Positions 25,401-36,412 of a stretch of DNA of 64,000 bases are shown one piece after another. How positions within the stretch are numbered: position 1 is the stretch's first letter; each line of letters opens with the position of its first letter. The notes below the pieces were generated by a model, which was not told where the DNA came from, searched no databases, and saw nothing but the letters and a program-made list of their open reading frames with translations. This DNA is from Lama glama (lineage: Eukaryota): positions 29,142,001 through 29,206,000 of the forward strand of contig CM052818.1 of the NCBI GenBank assembly GCA_028534125.1, in the 5' to 3' direction. The position numbers were made by a program, and so were the translations under genes.

Positions 25401-28400
25401 CTTCCCCTTTGTCAAATGATTATTACTGGGTGGGGGCTGAGGTAAGGGAGGGGGGATAGATACATAATGTTAGCTCTTGCTTTAGATGTTGATATTGCTG
25501 CATATAATTCTTACGCATGTATTCATTATCCTTCAAATTGTATAATTTCTGTAACTGACTCAGCCGCAGTATACTCACTGAATCTTCCTTGTAGCACTGC
25601 TTATCCTTACCAATACCTAATATTTGGCACTTAGAATATGTTATCTTATGTAGGAAGACAACAGCTGTGTGGAAAGCTTAGTAATGACCCTGAATGGCGA
25701 ATTCTTCCAAAGACCTAAGAGTTTGGTCTTTTTAGTGCTGATGCTTATAAAAACCACTTGGAATATAAATCTTTATAAAATGCCTTTAGCTCTTTCCTGT
25801 TTCTTAAGCAGACTGCACCGAACATTATTATTTTGGACTCAGGGTCATAATTATAAACTGTATTTTAATTTGCTGTCACTTCAGACAATCTTCAAGAACA
25901 TACAACTCTGCTCCTCAGCTAAATGACTAAATCAACTAAACTTATTTGGCTCTTGGAGGTCTTCACACATGCATACACCCTGCTGCCTTCCCTCCTCTTT
26001 ATCTGTGCTTCTGCTGTTTCCTCTTTCTAAAATAGTCCCCTCGGTTTGTATCCTCTCTCATGCTAGTATGTTTTTATGTACATGTACTCATTCTCTATTC
26101 GCTCTGTATAGAAAGTCTCATCTCTCCAAGTATCAATTGTCACATCTTGATGCTATAATTTTACTTACTTCTAGCACCCTTACCTTAGCTGATTTGACTC
26201 TTTTAATACATTCTGTTCTGAGGGGGAAAATAAACTAACCTCATTAGAATATTTAGTGAAGTAGAATAGTCTATCCTCTAATAGTCTATAGAGGCTGAAA
26301 AACTCTCATGTGTCAGGGTAAGAACTGTTTTGGCTGTTCATTGGCCTTTCTGGTTGTCAGTTTATTTCCCTTAGGTAAAATAAGTCAGGTTTTTTTTTTA
26401 ATGCATATATTTTTTATTCCTAACTAGATTGTCAGTAGATATAATCTTTTTTGTTTGTTGTATATTATATCTCCAGTGTCTTTCCTAGTACTTTGAATAT
26501 ATCAGTTACAGTTAATGTTTTTTGATGGTGATTGTATTGGTGAACTAATACTGTGAATGTCTGAGTTATGTTGTCCCAAATTTAGAGACCAGTTTATTAA
26601 ATCATGTAATATGTGATTTTCTTGAACAAGGGTTGGGAAACTTTTTCTTAAAGGGCAGATAGTCAATATTTTCAGCTTCATAAGCCATAAGGTCTCTGTC
26701 AGAACTACTTAACTCTGCTGTTGTAGCATGTAAATAGCCACAGATGACATGTAAATGAATCAGAGTGTGACAGGGTTCCAATAATAGCTTATTTGCAAAA
26801 ACAGTGATTATTTTCATGACAGTGGAGTTTTACTGTTTTGATCTTTAACTCATACAGTTTGCTATATGGAACACATTAAGATTTGTCAAACCCATTTAGC
26901 ATGACCTGACCTTTTCAGAAACTTAGCTGTGTTTATTCTAGAATAGGAGTTGGCAGCTTGTTAGAAATGATCTGCTAAAATTATGACCCCTGTACTTCTC
27001 ACATTACACCTTGGGTGTAGGAAGTGAGATATTCAAGCTGATCGTTCTTTTATACTTACAATAGGGCTTAAAAGCCCAGAAAACGTCTTTTTTCAAAATT
27101 CTCTTCCTAATGTCAAAAACTTTTCATGTTGTCACGTAACCTGAAATCCTGAGATCCAAATGATTATAAACATCTTTTATAAAAATGTCCTTGTGAAGGT
27201 TAAAGGAATAAGATTGACTATTTATACCTTAAACTGAATTACCTGAAGAAGATTGCAGCCCTCGTTATACCTGGCTGAAATCAGTACACAAGGGGATGTT
27301 ATTGATATGAAAGAAGTCCGCCAAGAAATGATTAGAAAGTTTTTGGGGTTTTTTTCCCCCTCCTAGAGGAGGGGAGAATGAGGAATGTAGGAGGAAAGGA
27401 AATAGTGAGAAGAATACAGATGGAAAAGCCTTTTCTGTTAACAGCCAGTGGGTGACATTAGGCTACTGGAGACCATGAAAAAGGAATGTTTGAGAATTTA
27501 GTACCTTCCCCCTTCTCTTGTAAGTGAAGCTTTGACTATTTAAAAATGTTCTTTCACTCCAGCCCTCAACTGACTACCTAAGTATTGGAAGGTAAGAGGG
27601 CAAAATGGTTATATCACTGGTACGTGTGAGTTGTGAGAAGTAAAAAATTAAATAAATAACCTTTTTAACTGTTGCTGAAAATTTGCCACCTGCTACCTTT
27701 TGCAAATTTGTTAAGAGATGCCAACCCCTGTTCTGGAGGCTCCTTAATAGTGAAATGCAAGAATCCAGATTTTTAGATGTGATCTACCTTGATCCCTTGG
27801 TTTTAGGAAAGAATCACTTTTAAGTCAAACTTTAAACATATATTGGTTAAATACTGAATTATAAAACTAGTTTATATATTATGTCATTTGCAGGTAAAAA
27901 TGGTTTTCCTTTCTTGTTTTTATCCATTCTTGCAGCTTTAAAAGTTACATATCATTAGGCCTATAGAGTTGTGACTCCAGACTTAATGACTATTAACTGT
28001 AGCTGTATCTCATTTTGAAATCTTATTTTGTTTACTTCAGCATACCTCATCTCAGAACTAGAAGCTGCCAGAATGCTCTGTGTGAATACTCCTCCAAAAA
28101 AAGCTCAAGAAGGAGGCGGTAGTGAGGTCTTTCAAGAGTTGAAAGGCATATGTATTGCTCTAGGAATGTCCAAACCTCCAGCCAATATAACTATGTTCCA
28201 ATTCTTCAGCGGGATTGAAAAAAAAGTAAGACCTTTAGTACCAAATTGTGGTATATTAAAGGCATAGTCCTACAATTGTTTGAAATAAAGCAAGTTATTT
28301 TCTCTTAATGGGAACCTAATGTGCATATTATTAAGTGGTTGTTTCTGAGTTTGGGGTTTTAAATCCTAGATACCTTAAAGAGAAATTGGTATTTTTACTA

Positions 28401-31400
28401 ACTTTTTTTTTAACATTTTAGCATGTTTCTTTTTCAGAAAAGAAACTACATTTTGATTTATAAACTGAAATAAGCTAGATATAATGTAAAACAATAAGGA
28501 CTTAAGTCCTTTTAAAAATTATTTTATCATTGAAATTTGTTGCAATTAATTTTAAAGTCTTTATCATTAAATGTTACCACTATTCTCCCCATTGACTGGA
28601 CAGAAAAGGATGTTAATGTTTTGTAATTTTAATCCAGTCACTTACATGTTTCAATTGGCAAACTAAATATGTTGACTGCTAATATAATCTAGTATGTGAA
28701 AATAAGTCAGAGTTATTTTTATACCACACGTTATCAACAATTAAGGTTTTTTACATAATTGATTAGGAACAAGGAATTTTCATGAAAAATTAATGAAAAG
28801 AAGAGAATGATATTTGTTATACCAGAGTTATTCTCTATATGCATATCTGCTGGACTCTTAAGAATTGGTACATTCCCATTGCGGGGTAGATGGACGTCAT
28901 GATGCACAAATTTGGCTGAACTCTACAGGGGAGCAGCAATGTATCCATAGTCCATATTTTTCTGTGTGTTCATTCATTCATTCAGCAAATACACATTGAG
29001 TGCCCACTGTTGTCAGGCACTGTTCTAGGTGCAGTGAAGGACTCATGCTTCATAGGCACATGAGAAGTGGGACAAGTGAGTGTCTTTATCATGTGGGTCC
29101 TGTACATTTCAAAACATCCTCCACCTTTGCCTCTGTCAGGAATCTTCTTTTGATGGCAGGATATGATGGGAATTGGGAAGATGAGGAGGATGTGTTTTAC
29201 TTTTAGATTTGTTTATTCATTCATTTATGTTTTTGTGTCAGTTAAAGGAAACATTAGCAAAAGTTCCACCTAATCATGTGGGAAAGCCTTTATTGAAGAA
29301 GCCAATGGGACCGGCCCACTGGGTGAGTAGTGATCATCCTGAGTAAACTTTGTAAGGAACCATCTACCTATCTCAGGATATTTATGTTTGTGCTTTTCAA
29401 TTTATATTTTCTAATATGTGGTTTCCTAGGTGGACATCCTTAGAATCATATTTGTAAATCTTAAGATTCATCCAGAATAATTTTATTTTTGTAAGATTGG
29501 AAACATTTATTTCATAATTTATAAATATTTCACACAGCTGATTAAAATAAATTGAAGTTCAGTATGATGCATGTTTCTAATTGCCAAATGGGTTGCCTTC
29601 AGGCCAAAAACTTCACTGGGCTGAGCTTTACACAGTAAATTATGGGAAAGCTAAATGAGAGTTTTGTACTTTACACATATTCTTTATTATGTTTTAAGAC
29701 AAGGTTGTTATGCCTATCGTTTCACTTTTTTATTATATTTATTAAATAACCTAATTTATTTTGTGGTAAGTGCTGGGGATTCAGTTATGAATGAAACAGA
29801 TACAGTTTCTGCCCTTTTGGAGTGGGGGGTCAAACAGATTTAAATTCTAACTGGTCTTTTTTATTTTGTTTCAGGAAAAGATAGAAGCAATTAACCAAGC
29901 CGTAGCCAATGAATATGAAGTTCGGAGAAAGCTGCTAATAAAACGTTTGGATGTCACTGTCCAGTCTTTTGGCTGGTCTGACAGAGCTAAGGTACACATT
30001 AAATAATCTAAAAGAGCAGTGTATTTATAGACATGATCCTTAAACTTCCTAGCACAGTTTAGGTACAGTAGAGACTGTAAGAGAAATACATTGGAGGTAC
30101 ACGTAGGAATTTTTCTTTAGTGAGTTACTGAGTGGCAATTCTTTCAGCCATTTAGCGCTAATGAAAACATTTTTCAGCTTTTAAATATTTTTCAATGAAG
30201 CTGTATGTTATAAGCCCTACTGGAAGTACCCATATGTGAGAAAAGGAGAGAGTATCTGAAAATTACTAAAAATGATGAATTTTAAATTATTTGTTTACTA
30301 TACGTTAAGCTAACAGTTTAATTTGTTAATTAAATAATTATATTAGAAATACTGGATTTAGTAAGACCAAATATTATGATCCATTTATAGAAAATTGAGG
30401 AATCTGGTAAGACTTCATTTTATTTCAGCTCAAATGAGATAATCCAGGTAAAGGCTTAGTCATTTCAACAGGTGCTTATTAAATATCTACTATATTATCA
30501 CTAAGTGGGGATTAATTGGCACAATTGATTAATTTGACTTTCTTGGAACCCTGAAATGGTACTAATTCTTGAATTTATGTGGAGGTTGGTCCAGATATGT
30601 TAACATTAGATATTCTTTTAATAGTAACTTCATTTTTTGAAAGTAGATTTTCCTCAGAATTTTAGTTAATTGACTGAGAAATAGTTCAACTATCTTTCTA
30701 ATATGTTAGTTTCACCTAAAATCTTTAAACCATACCATAGTCCTGTTTGACTGCTAATTGATCGAGTAGATAATTTATTGAGTTGTAATATTTTACTGTT
30801 GGGAAGGAGTCTTAGAGGTCAGTCTTAACTTCCCTAAAAAATTTTGCACCTAAAAAAATGGAGACCCAGATAAATGGAAGTCTTTGCCTAAGATCTCACA
30901 GTAACATGAGGAGTAAATTGTTCTTTTTTTGGACTGTTGTTGAGGAAATAGCAGTCTTTTCTTAAATTGTTTTTGAAAAAAAACAATCGTTTCACTCTTG
31001 GCATAGTACACATATTTCAAAAACAGTAATCTGCACCTCTCAGCTAGAAAAGCATGTAGTGATTGATGGATGTGCATTGACCCCAAGGCATTAGCACTGT
31101 GGATCTGGTCTTGACATTGCCATTAATGGACTTCACTTCTGAGGTCCTGATGAGTATGTCTGAGCTTCTGTTTACTCTCCTCATTTTTGACATCTTTAAA
31201 ATTTCATGTTCAATCTAGGTGATATTTAAGATCCTTTGGAACTATAACACACAATGATTCTGCAAAATAGATTAACATATTGGAGCTGATAAGGAAGGAC
31301 TACAAATTACTTAACTTGCACAAGTTTATTTTTTGTTTCATTTAATGGAATTTATATAGTGATATCTCACTTTGAAACTTCATTTCAAATCACTGTATAG

Positions 31401-33546
31401 AAATTACTTCAGTATGCACAACATGAACTTTGTTTCATATAAGGAGATTTATGTACTTACATCTCACTTTGAAATTGCATTTTAAATCAGTTTTATTTGA
31501 AACATATATGAAACTATTTTCTCTGATGTTTTGTTTCTATTCATCAAACATTGAACATTTATTGTAGGTACAATAGTGACTAAAAGAAAAAGAAATATAA
31601 GACATTCAGGAAACATTCCTCAGACAAGTCATGGAATGGCAGTCTCTTTAGTCTTTTAATCATTAAAGAAGATTTTTAAAAATAAAAAGTCACTGATCAT
31701 CCCATTGTCTTAACCACAATACTTATTTTCATTTTTAGTATTATCTTTCTTACTTTGTCCATGTATACAATCATAGTAAACGTACCTTTTTACATCCTGT
31801 TTTTTCAGATAATATAATTTAAACATTTATCATCAGTATTTGAGTACCTGCATATAACTGACAGACTAAAAACAAATATTTTTTGTTCTTTCTATTCTCC
31901 TGGGTATTGTAGTTATAACTGTTGCTTCTAAAATTTAGTACCTAAGAGTTTGTTAATCATTTCCCCAAATTTAGGTTACTTTAATTTGCATTTATTGATT
32001 CCTGTCTGGAAAACTTGTTTTATATTTATTAGAACTTTATTTTCTCTTGTCTGAACTTCTTTATATCCTTTGTTCTTTCATCTTTTGTACTCTTACGTTT
32101 AAAATGCGTTAAATTTACTTCTACTAAATGGTTAAAGTAGACTCTTTTCCTATTTATTATTTATAACAGGGGAAAGTACTATGTGGGGAGTCATTTTTGC
32201 AAAAATATCATGTTGACAGTGTAGTTCAAATTAGTCACAGGTAACTTTTTTTTAATCTCATAGTAAGCAGGTGGGAAAATTAAAAAGCAAAATTGTTGAA
32301 ATGGATTTACTTCTTATATTTAAATAGATAAAATGAAGATGTTTGATCTGAGACCAATGGTACGGGGAATGTTTTTAGTCCCACAGTCCTAAAGGGAAGC
32401 CCCTCTATCCTCCTCCCCTACTCCCAACATACAGCTGTATCAGCAAGTCTGACAGCTGTGCTCTTAAGATAATAATTGACTAGATAGGAGCAGTGGTGAG
32501 TATGTAACTTTTTCTCTCATCTGGAGCCTAGTAGATATTCTCATCAGACATTTTGGAAATCCTTAACTTACTGTTTCTATGTCATCTTGAAAATTGACAT
32601 TCTTTGAACATTTTCTTTCGACAGAGTCAGACAGAAAAATTAGCGAAGGTTTACCAGCCGAAACGCTCAGTCTTATCTCCCAAAAGTACTATTTCTGTTG
32701 CACACCTTTTGGCCGCAAGACAAGACTTGTCAAAGATTTTAAGGACAAGCAGCGGCTCCATAAGAGAAAAGACTGCCTGTGCCATCAATAAGGTGATTGG
32801 AGTACCTTTAATTTTCTTTCAGATACATTTATTTTTGTTTATAAAGTAAAATAATTTAAAATGTCTTTCTTATCCCATAGGTATTGATGGGCAGAGTGCC
32901 TGACAGAGGAGGTAGACCCAACGAAATTGAACCTCCACCCCCAGAGATGCCACCATGGCAGAAAAGGCAAGATGGCCCCCAGCAGCAAGCAGGAGGCCGA
33001 GGAGGAGGGAGAGGTGGTTATGAACATTCCTCATATGGAGGACGAGGAGGTCATGAACAAGGAGGAGGGAGAGGTGGACGTGGTGGCTATGACCATGGTG
33101 GCCGAGGGGGAGGAAGAGGAAATAAGCATCAAGGAGGCTGGACAGATGGAGGGAGTGGAGGAGGAGGTGGCTACCAAGATGGTGGTTATCGAGATGCGGG
33201 TTTCCAGCCAGGTGGCTATCATGGTGGCCACAGTGGTGGCTATCAAGGTGGTGGTTATAGTGGTGGTTTCCAAGCGTCTACATATACTGGAAGTGGATAC
33301 CAGGGTGGTGGATATCAGCAGGACAATAGATACCAAGATGGTGGGCACCACAGTGATCGAGGCAGTGGTCGTGGAGGGAGAGGTGGTCGTGGAGGCCGAG
33401 GGGGTCGTGCAGGTCAGGGAGGAGGTTGGGGAGGAAGAGGGAGCCAGAATTATCACCAAGGGGGACAGTTTGAACAGCACTTCCAGCATGGGGGTTATCA
33501 GTATAATCATTCTGGATTTGGACAGGGAAGACATTATACTAGTTGA
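19156..33546 (+). CDS. FAM98A: FAM98A, complete spliced CDS: join(19156..19208,22108..22256,24312..24446,28041..28225,29242..29322,29875..29991,32625..32792,32881..33546); 1554 nt = 517 aa + stop
   Basis: All 7 introns are GT-AG and phases are consistent (53+149+135+185+81+117+168+666). The translation MECDLMETDILESLEDLGYKGPLLEDGALSQ...RGG-rich tail...GFGQGRHYTS* matches FAM98A as I recall it. It is convergent with RASGRP3, as in other mammals. Confidence 0.97.
21818..21861. repeat. Exact 22-bp tandem duplication
   Basis: atttaatagtatatatgattct twice in a row. Confidence 0.95.
22108..22256 (+). CDS. FAM98A: FAM98A exon 2 (YKGPLLEDG...VQATN)
   Basis: Acceptor caccag|, donor |gtaagt; in frame. 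Confidence 0.95.
22975..23185. mobile_element. MIR SINE
   Basis: aaggttaagtattttgcctgaggtcaca core-like sequence. Confidence 0.55.
24312..24446 (+). CDS. FAM98A: FAM98A exon 3 (PSEAEEFQLEV...NCLLLL)
   Basis: Acceptor taaaag|, donor |gtaagt; in frame. Confidence 0.95.
26627..26804 (+). mobile_element. MER58A-like hAT-Charlie element
   Basis: caagggttgggaaactttttcttaaagggcagatagtcaatattttcagctt...ttatttgcaaaaacag. Confidence 0.75.
28041..28225 (+). CDS. FAM98A: FAM98A exon 4 (YLISELEAARM...SGIEKK)
   Basis: Acceptor cttcag|, donor |gtaaga; overlaps ORF 28028..28267. Confidence 0.95.
29242..29322 (+). CDS. FAM98A: FAM98A exon 5 (LKETLAKV...GPAHW)
   Basis: Acceptor tgtcag|, donor |gtgagt. Confidence 0.95.
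29875..29991 (+). CDS. FAM98A: FAM98A exon 6 (EKIEAINQ...WSDRAK)
   Basis: Acceptor tttcag|, donor |gtacac. Confidence 0.95.
32625..32792 (+). CDS. FAM98A: FAM98A exon 7 (SQTEKLAKV...CAINK)
   Basis: Acceptor cgacag|, donor |gtgatt; overlaps ORF 32604..32849. Confidence 0.95.
32881..33546 (+). CDS. FAM98A: FAM98A last coding exon 8, RGG/Gly-rich low-complexity tail
   Basis: Acceptor ccatag|; ORF 32884..33546; TGA at 33544-33546. Confidence 0.97.
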   Translation, partial: VLMGRVPDRGGRPNEIEPPPPEMPPWQKRQDGPQQQAGGRGGGRGGYEHSSYGGRGGHEQGGGRGGRGGYDHGGRGGGRGNKHQGGWTDGGSGGGGGYQDGGYRDAGFQPGGYHGGHSGGYQGGGYSGGFQASTYTGSGYQGGGYQQDNRYQDGGHHSDRGSGRGGRGGRGGRGGRAGQGGGWGGRGSQNYHQGGQFEQHFQHGGYQYNHSGFGQGRHYTS

Positions 33547-34680
33547 GGCTACAGAACCTTACATTTTGCTAGAGCTCAAGTAATAGAAATTTAGTTTCAG
33601 AATCCTGAATCCAGCATTGATTTTGAATTAATGTGAGACCACAGGTGGCAGGCAGATTCCTGCTTGGTGTAAGCATTTGTAGGTCTTCATTCAATACTGT
33701 TCTTTTTTTTTTTTTTAATGGACTTACATAATGCTGTTTATTTGAGAAACACATACAGTATCTCTCCTTTGTATGAAGAATTTCTTGAAAGGTAATTAAA
33801 ATTGCCTTTAAATGACCAGCAGACTAATTCCACAGTCAGGACATGCATACTCTTTTGAAGAAATTACTTGAATAAGTAGTTTTCATGTTTTCAATATGAG
33901 GTTTTGAAAAATGAGGATTCTCCTAGACCTTTTTAGACTTACAACTAGGAAACCCTCCTCATATTAACAATCCGTTTTAATGTGTTTTCCTTAAAGTATT
34001 CTAATGCCTGTTTTCCAAGCACAGTTCTGCCCTGATTGGCTTTTTATTCAGAGAGGTTATGCAACACTTGCTTCATGATAGAACATTTAAGTCAGTTCCT
34101 ATTAAATGAGCTCTTCTGCAGATAACACATTCAGTAGCCTTATCCTTTCGATGGAACACTGTACCATATGCTCAACTCTGAAAACCTTGAACGTGGCCAA
34201 AATCCATAAAGATTATAAAAGCAAACTAAGTTATGAACCTATAGTACATGTAGGCATTTAGTTAAGTATAATAATTCAAACTGACCTGCATCCATTCAAA
34301 ACAAGTTCCTCTTTCAACCTTCTTTTTACTTGAAATCTGCTAGAAGAAACAGCAAACTGAAATTTGTTTTATGCACGAATTAATACCACTGGTTCAGCAA
34401 ATACAAGTTAGTTTGCTTTGGACAGGAGACCTTTTTTGTAATGGAAGAAATGCACTACCAAGTAAGAGGACAGATTTTTGCTTAGAGCAGGAGGCCCTTT
34501 ATTATTGCTGCAGAAAACAAAAGCCTGGCTGAGTTGATGTTTGACACTCTCCTTTACTGAAATCTACATGACGCTTCTTGCTGGGTTTTTGTACACGTAT
34601 ATATTGTCAAGCTGTGAAAGAAAATGGCTGGAGGTGTGCTTTGTGTGAAAGGTGAGCAATAAAGTATCTCTATGTTCTTT
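33547..34680 (+). other. FAM98A: FAM98A 3' UTR (3' end approximate)
   Basis: No recognisable repeats between the stop codon and AATAAA at 34658-34663, which is followed by a T/GT-rich tract. Confidence 0.7.
34658..34663 (+). terminator. Polyadenylation signal of FAM98A (AATAAA)
   Basis: Canonical hexamer followed by tatgttctttctttggtttgagtttt. Confidence 0.75.
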
Positions 34681-35975
34681 CTTTGGTTTGAGTTTTCTTT
34701 TAGCCACTTTTTTAAGACTTATGCTGGGCACTTGTTTCAGGCTTATGAACTAAGTAAGGCCTTTGTTTCCCAAAGATTCTCAAGTGTTTCCTTGAAACAA
34801 TTTGTAGTGGAAGATAACCCTCACCCTAAAACCTTAGGTAAATTGAAAAATAGCTATTTCCGAATTTACCTTTTGCTGTAATTTTATAGCTGGAAAGCTT
34901 CACTACGCATCTCTGGCCACTGGGTGTAGCCATTGCTACACAGTATATTAGGCAAAGTTGTATTAATGGCCCTGATCTTTTAGTTCAGTTTTATTTGTTT
35001 CTCTCTTCTTCCTGAGAATGAGAGACATTTTTCTTAAAAGGAAGTGAATTGAAAATATAAAGATATGTTTGTAAAAGGAAACAGTATTTCCTTTTCCTAT
35101 TCCTACTAATTTGGCCTTTTTAGAGTAAAGAATCAACTCACGAACTACCATTAAAAATATTCTATTTGCTGTTGAAATAAGCACATTCTTTTGATTGCTA
35201 AAACCATTTTTGAAAGGCTACCTTGATCATTTTGTTAATTTTCCTGTTTATTAGATTCTTTGACTAGCATTTACCATTCTAAAATGTTCAGGCTTGAAGA
35301 CAATTTCAGATATTTTTATTTATCATTAAAGATTTTAAGTTTTGTCTTGAAAGTTGTAAGTGTTGGTCGGTTTATGCTGTTAAATATGTTTAGTACGTAT
35401 AGTAGTTTCCAGTTAGAAATAAAATTGTCAAGGTTTCATATCTTAAAATGATATCTTTAGAATGTATTCACTTGTATCTTACTGCTTTACTCTGTTTTCT
35501 ATCCTCAGACTCCACAACATCCTTAATGAATATGTTTCATTCTTTCGACAAATATAATTTTTATGGTTAATAGATTAATTATCATATATAAGCATATAAG
35601 AAAACAAATGATACATTTCTCCACAATGGCTCTAAAATTTGCACTTTATTTTCTGCTTTACATTAGAAGTTTTTCAAATTATAACCCCATAAAAGAACTG
35701 TCTTTAATTTCTTCTCTGTGACGTAGATTAAATTCTTCAGAAAGAGGATATTTCAAACCACTTGTTAGTTTTGTTATATTAAAGTTCTTAGATTTTGTAG
35801 AGAGTGTTGATTTTATACACATTCTTAACCTTTACTTATGGAAAATAATGATTTACTGTAGTAGGGAATGTAGGAATTTCTTGGAGAAACAAATTTTTTC
35901 CTCCATGACATATCCAACTGTGCCAGACAGGGAGATAGATAAATTTGTGCTGAGGGAAAGCATTTGAAATCATTT

Positions 35976-36129
35976 TTTTTTAATTTTAAATTTTCCTTCC
36001 CTATTTTCTTTTTTTAAGGGAGGTGGTAATTAGGTTTATTTATTTTCACAGAGGTACTGGGGATTGAACCCAGAACCTTGTGCATGCTAAACACGCCCTC
36101 TACCACTGAGCTATACCCACACCCCACTA
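35976..36129 (-). mobile_element. tRNA-derived SINE (Vic-1-like), near full length
   Basis: ggggattgaacccagaaccttgtgcatgctaaacacgccctctaccactgagctata carries A- and B-boxes on the minus strand; T-rich tail; TSD aaatcattt (35967-35975 / 36130-36138). Confidence 0.85.
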
Positions 36130-36145
36130 AAATCATTTCTCCATA

Positions 36146-36412
36146 CAGTTGACCCTTGAACAATGCTGACCCTCCACACAGTTGGAAATTCATCTATAAT
36201 CGTCCCTTAGTATCCATGGAAAGTTGGTCTAGGAGGCGTGCAGATACCAAAATCCAAGGATTCTCAAGTCCCATAGTTGGCCCTCAGTATCCACAGTATC
36301 CATCATGCATTCAGCCAAGCAGATTGAGTAGTACTGTATTTATGGAAAAAAAATCCCTGTTTAAGTGGACCTGTCCAGTTCAAATCTGTGTTCTTCAAGG
36401 GCCAACTAACTG
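36146..36412. mobile_element. Tigger2a-like non-autonomous element
   Basis: Terminal inverted repeats cagttgacccttgaacaa ... ttcttcaagggccaact, TA flanks. Confidence 0.75.

Noticed and set aside
33031..33534. Antisense Ser/Thr-rich protein
   Set aside because: Mirror of the GGN-rich sense codons; no promoter or splice support
36055..36120. tRNA gene
   Set aside because: The A/B boxes belong to a SINE with a tail and TSD, and I cannot fold a convincing cloverleaf
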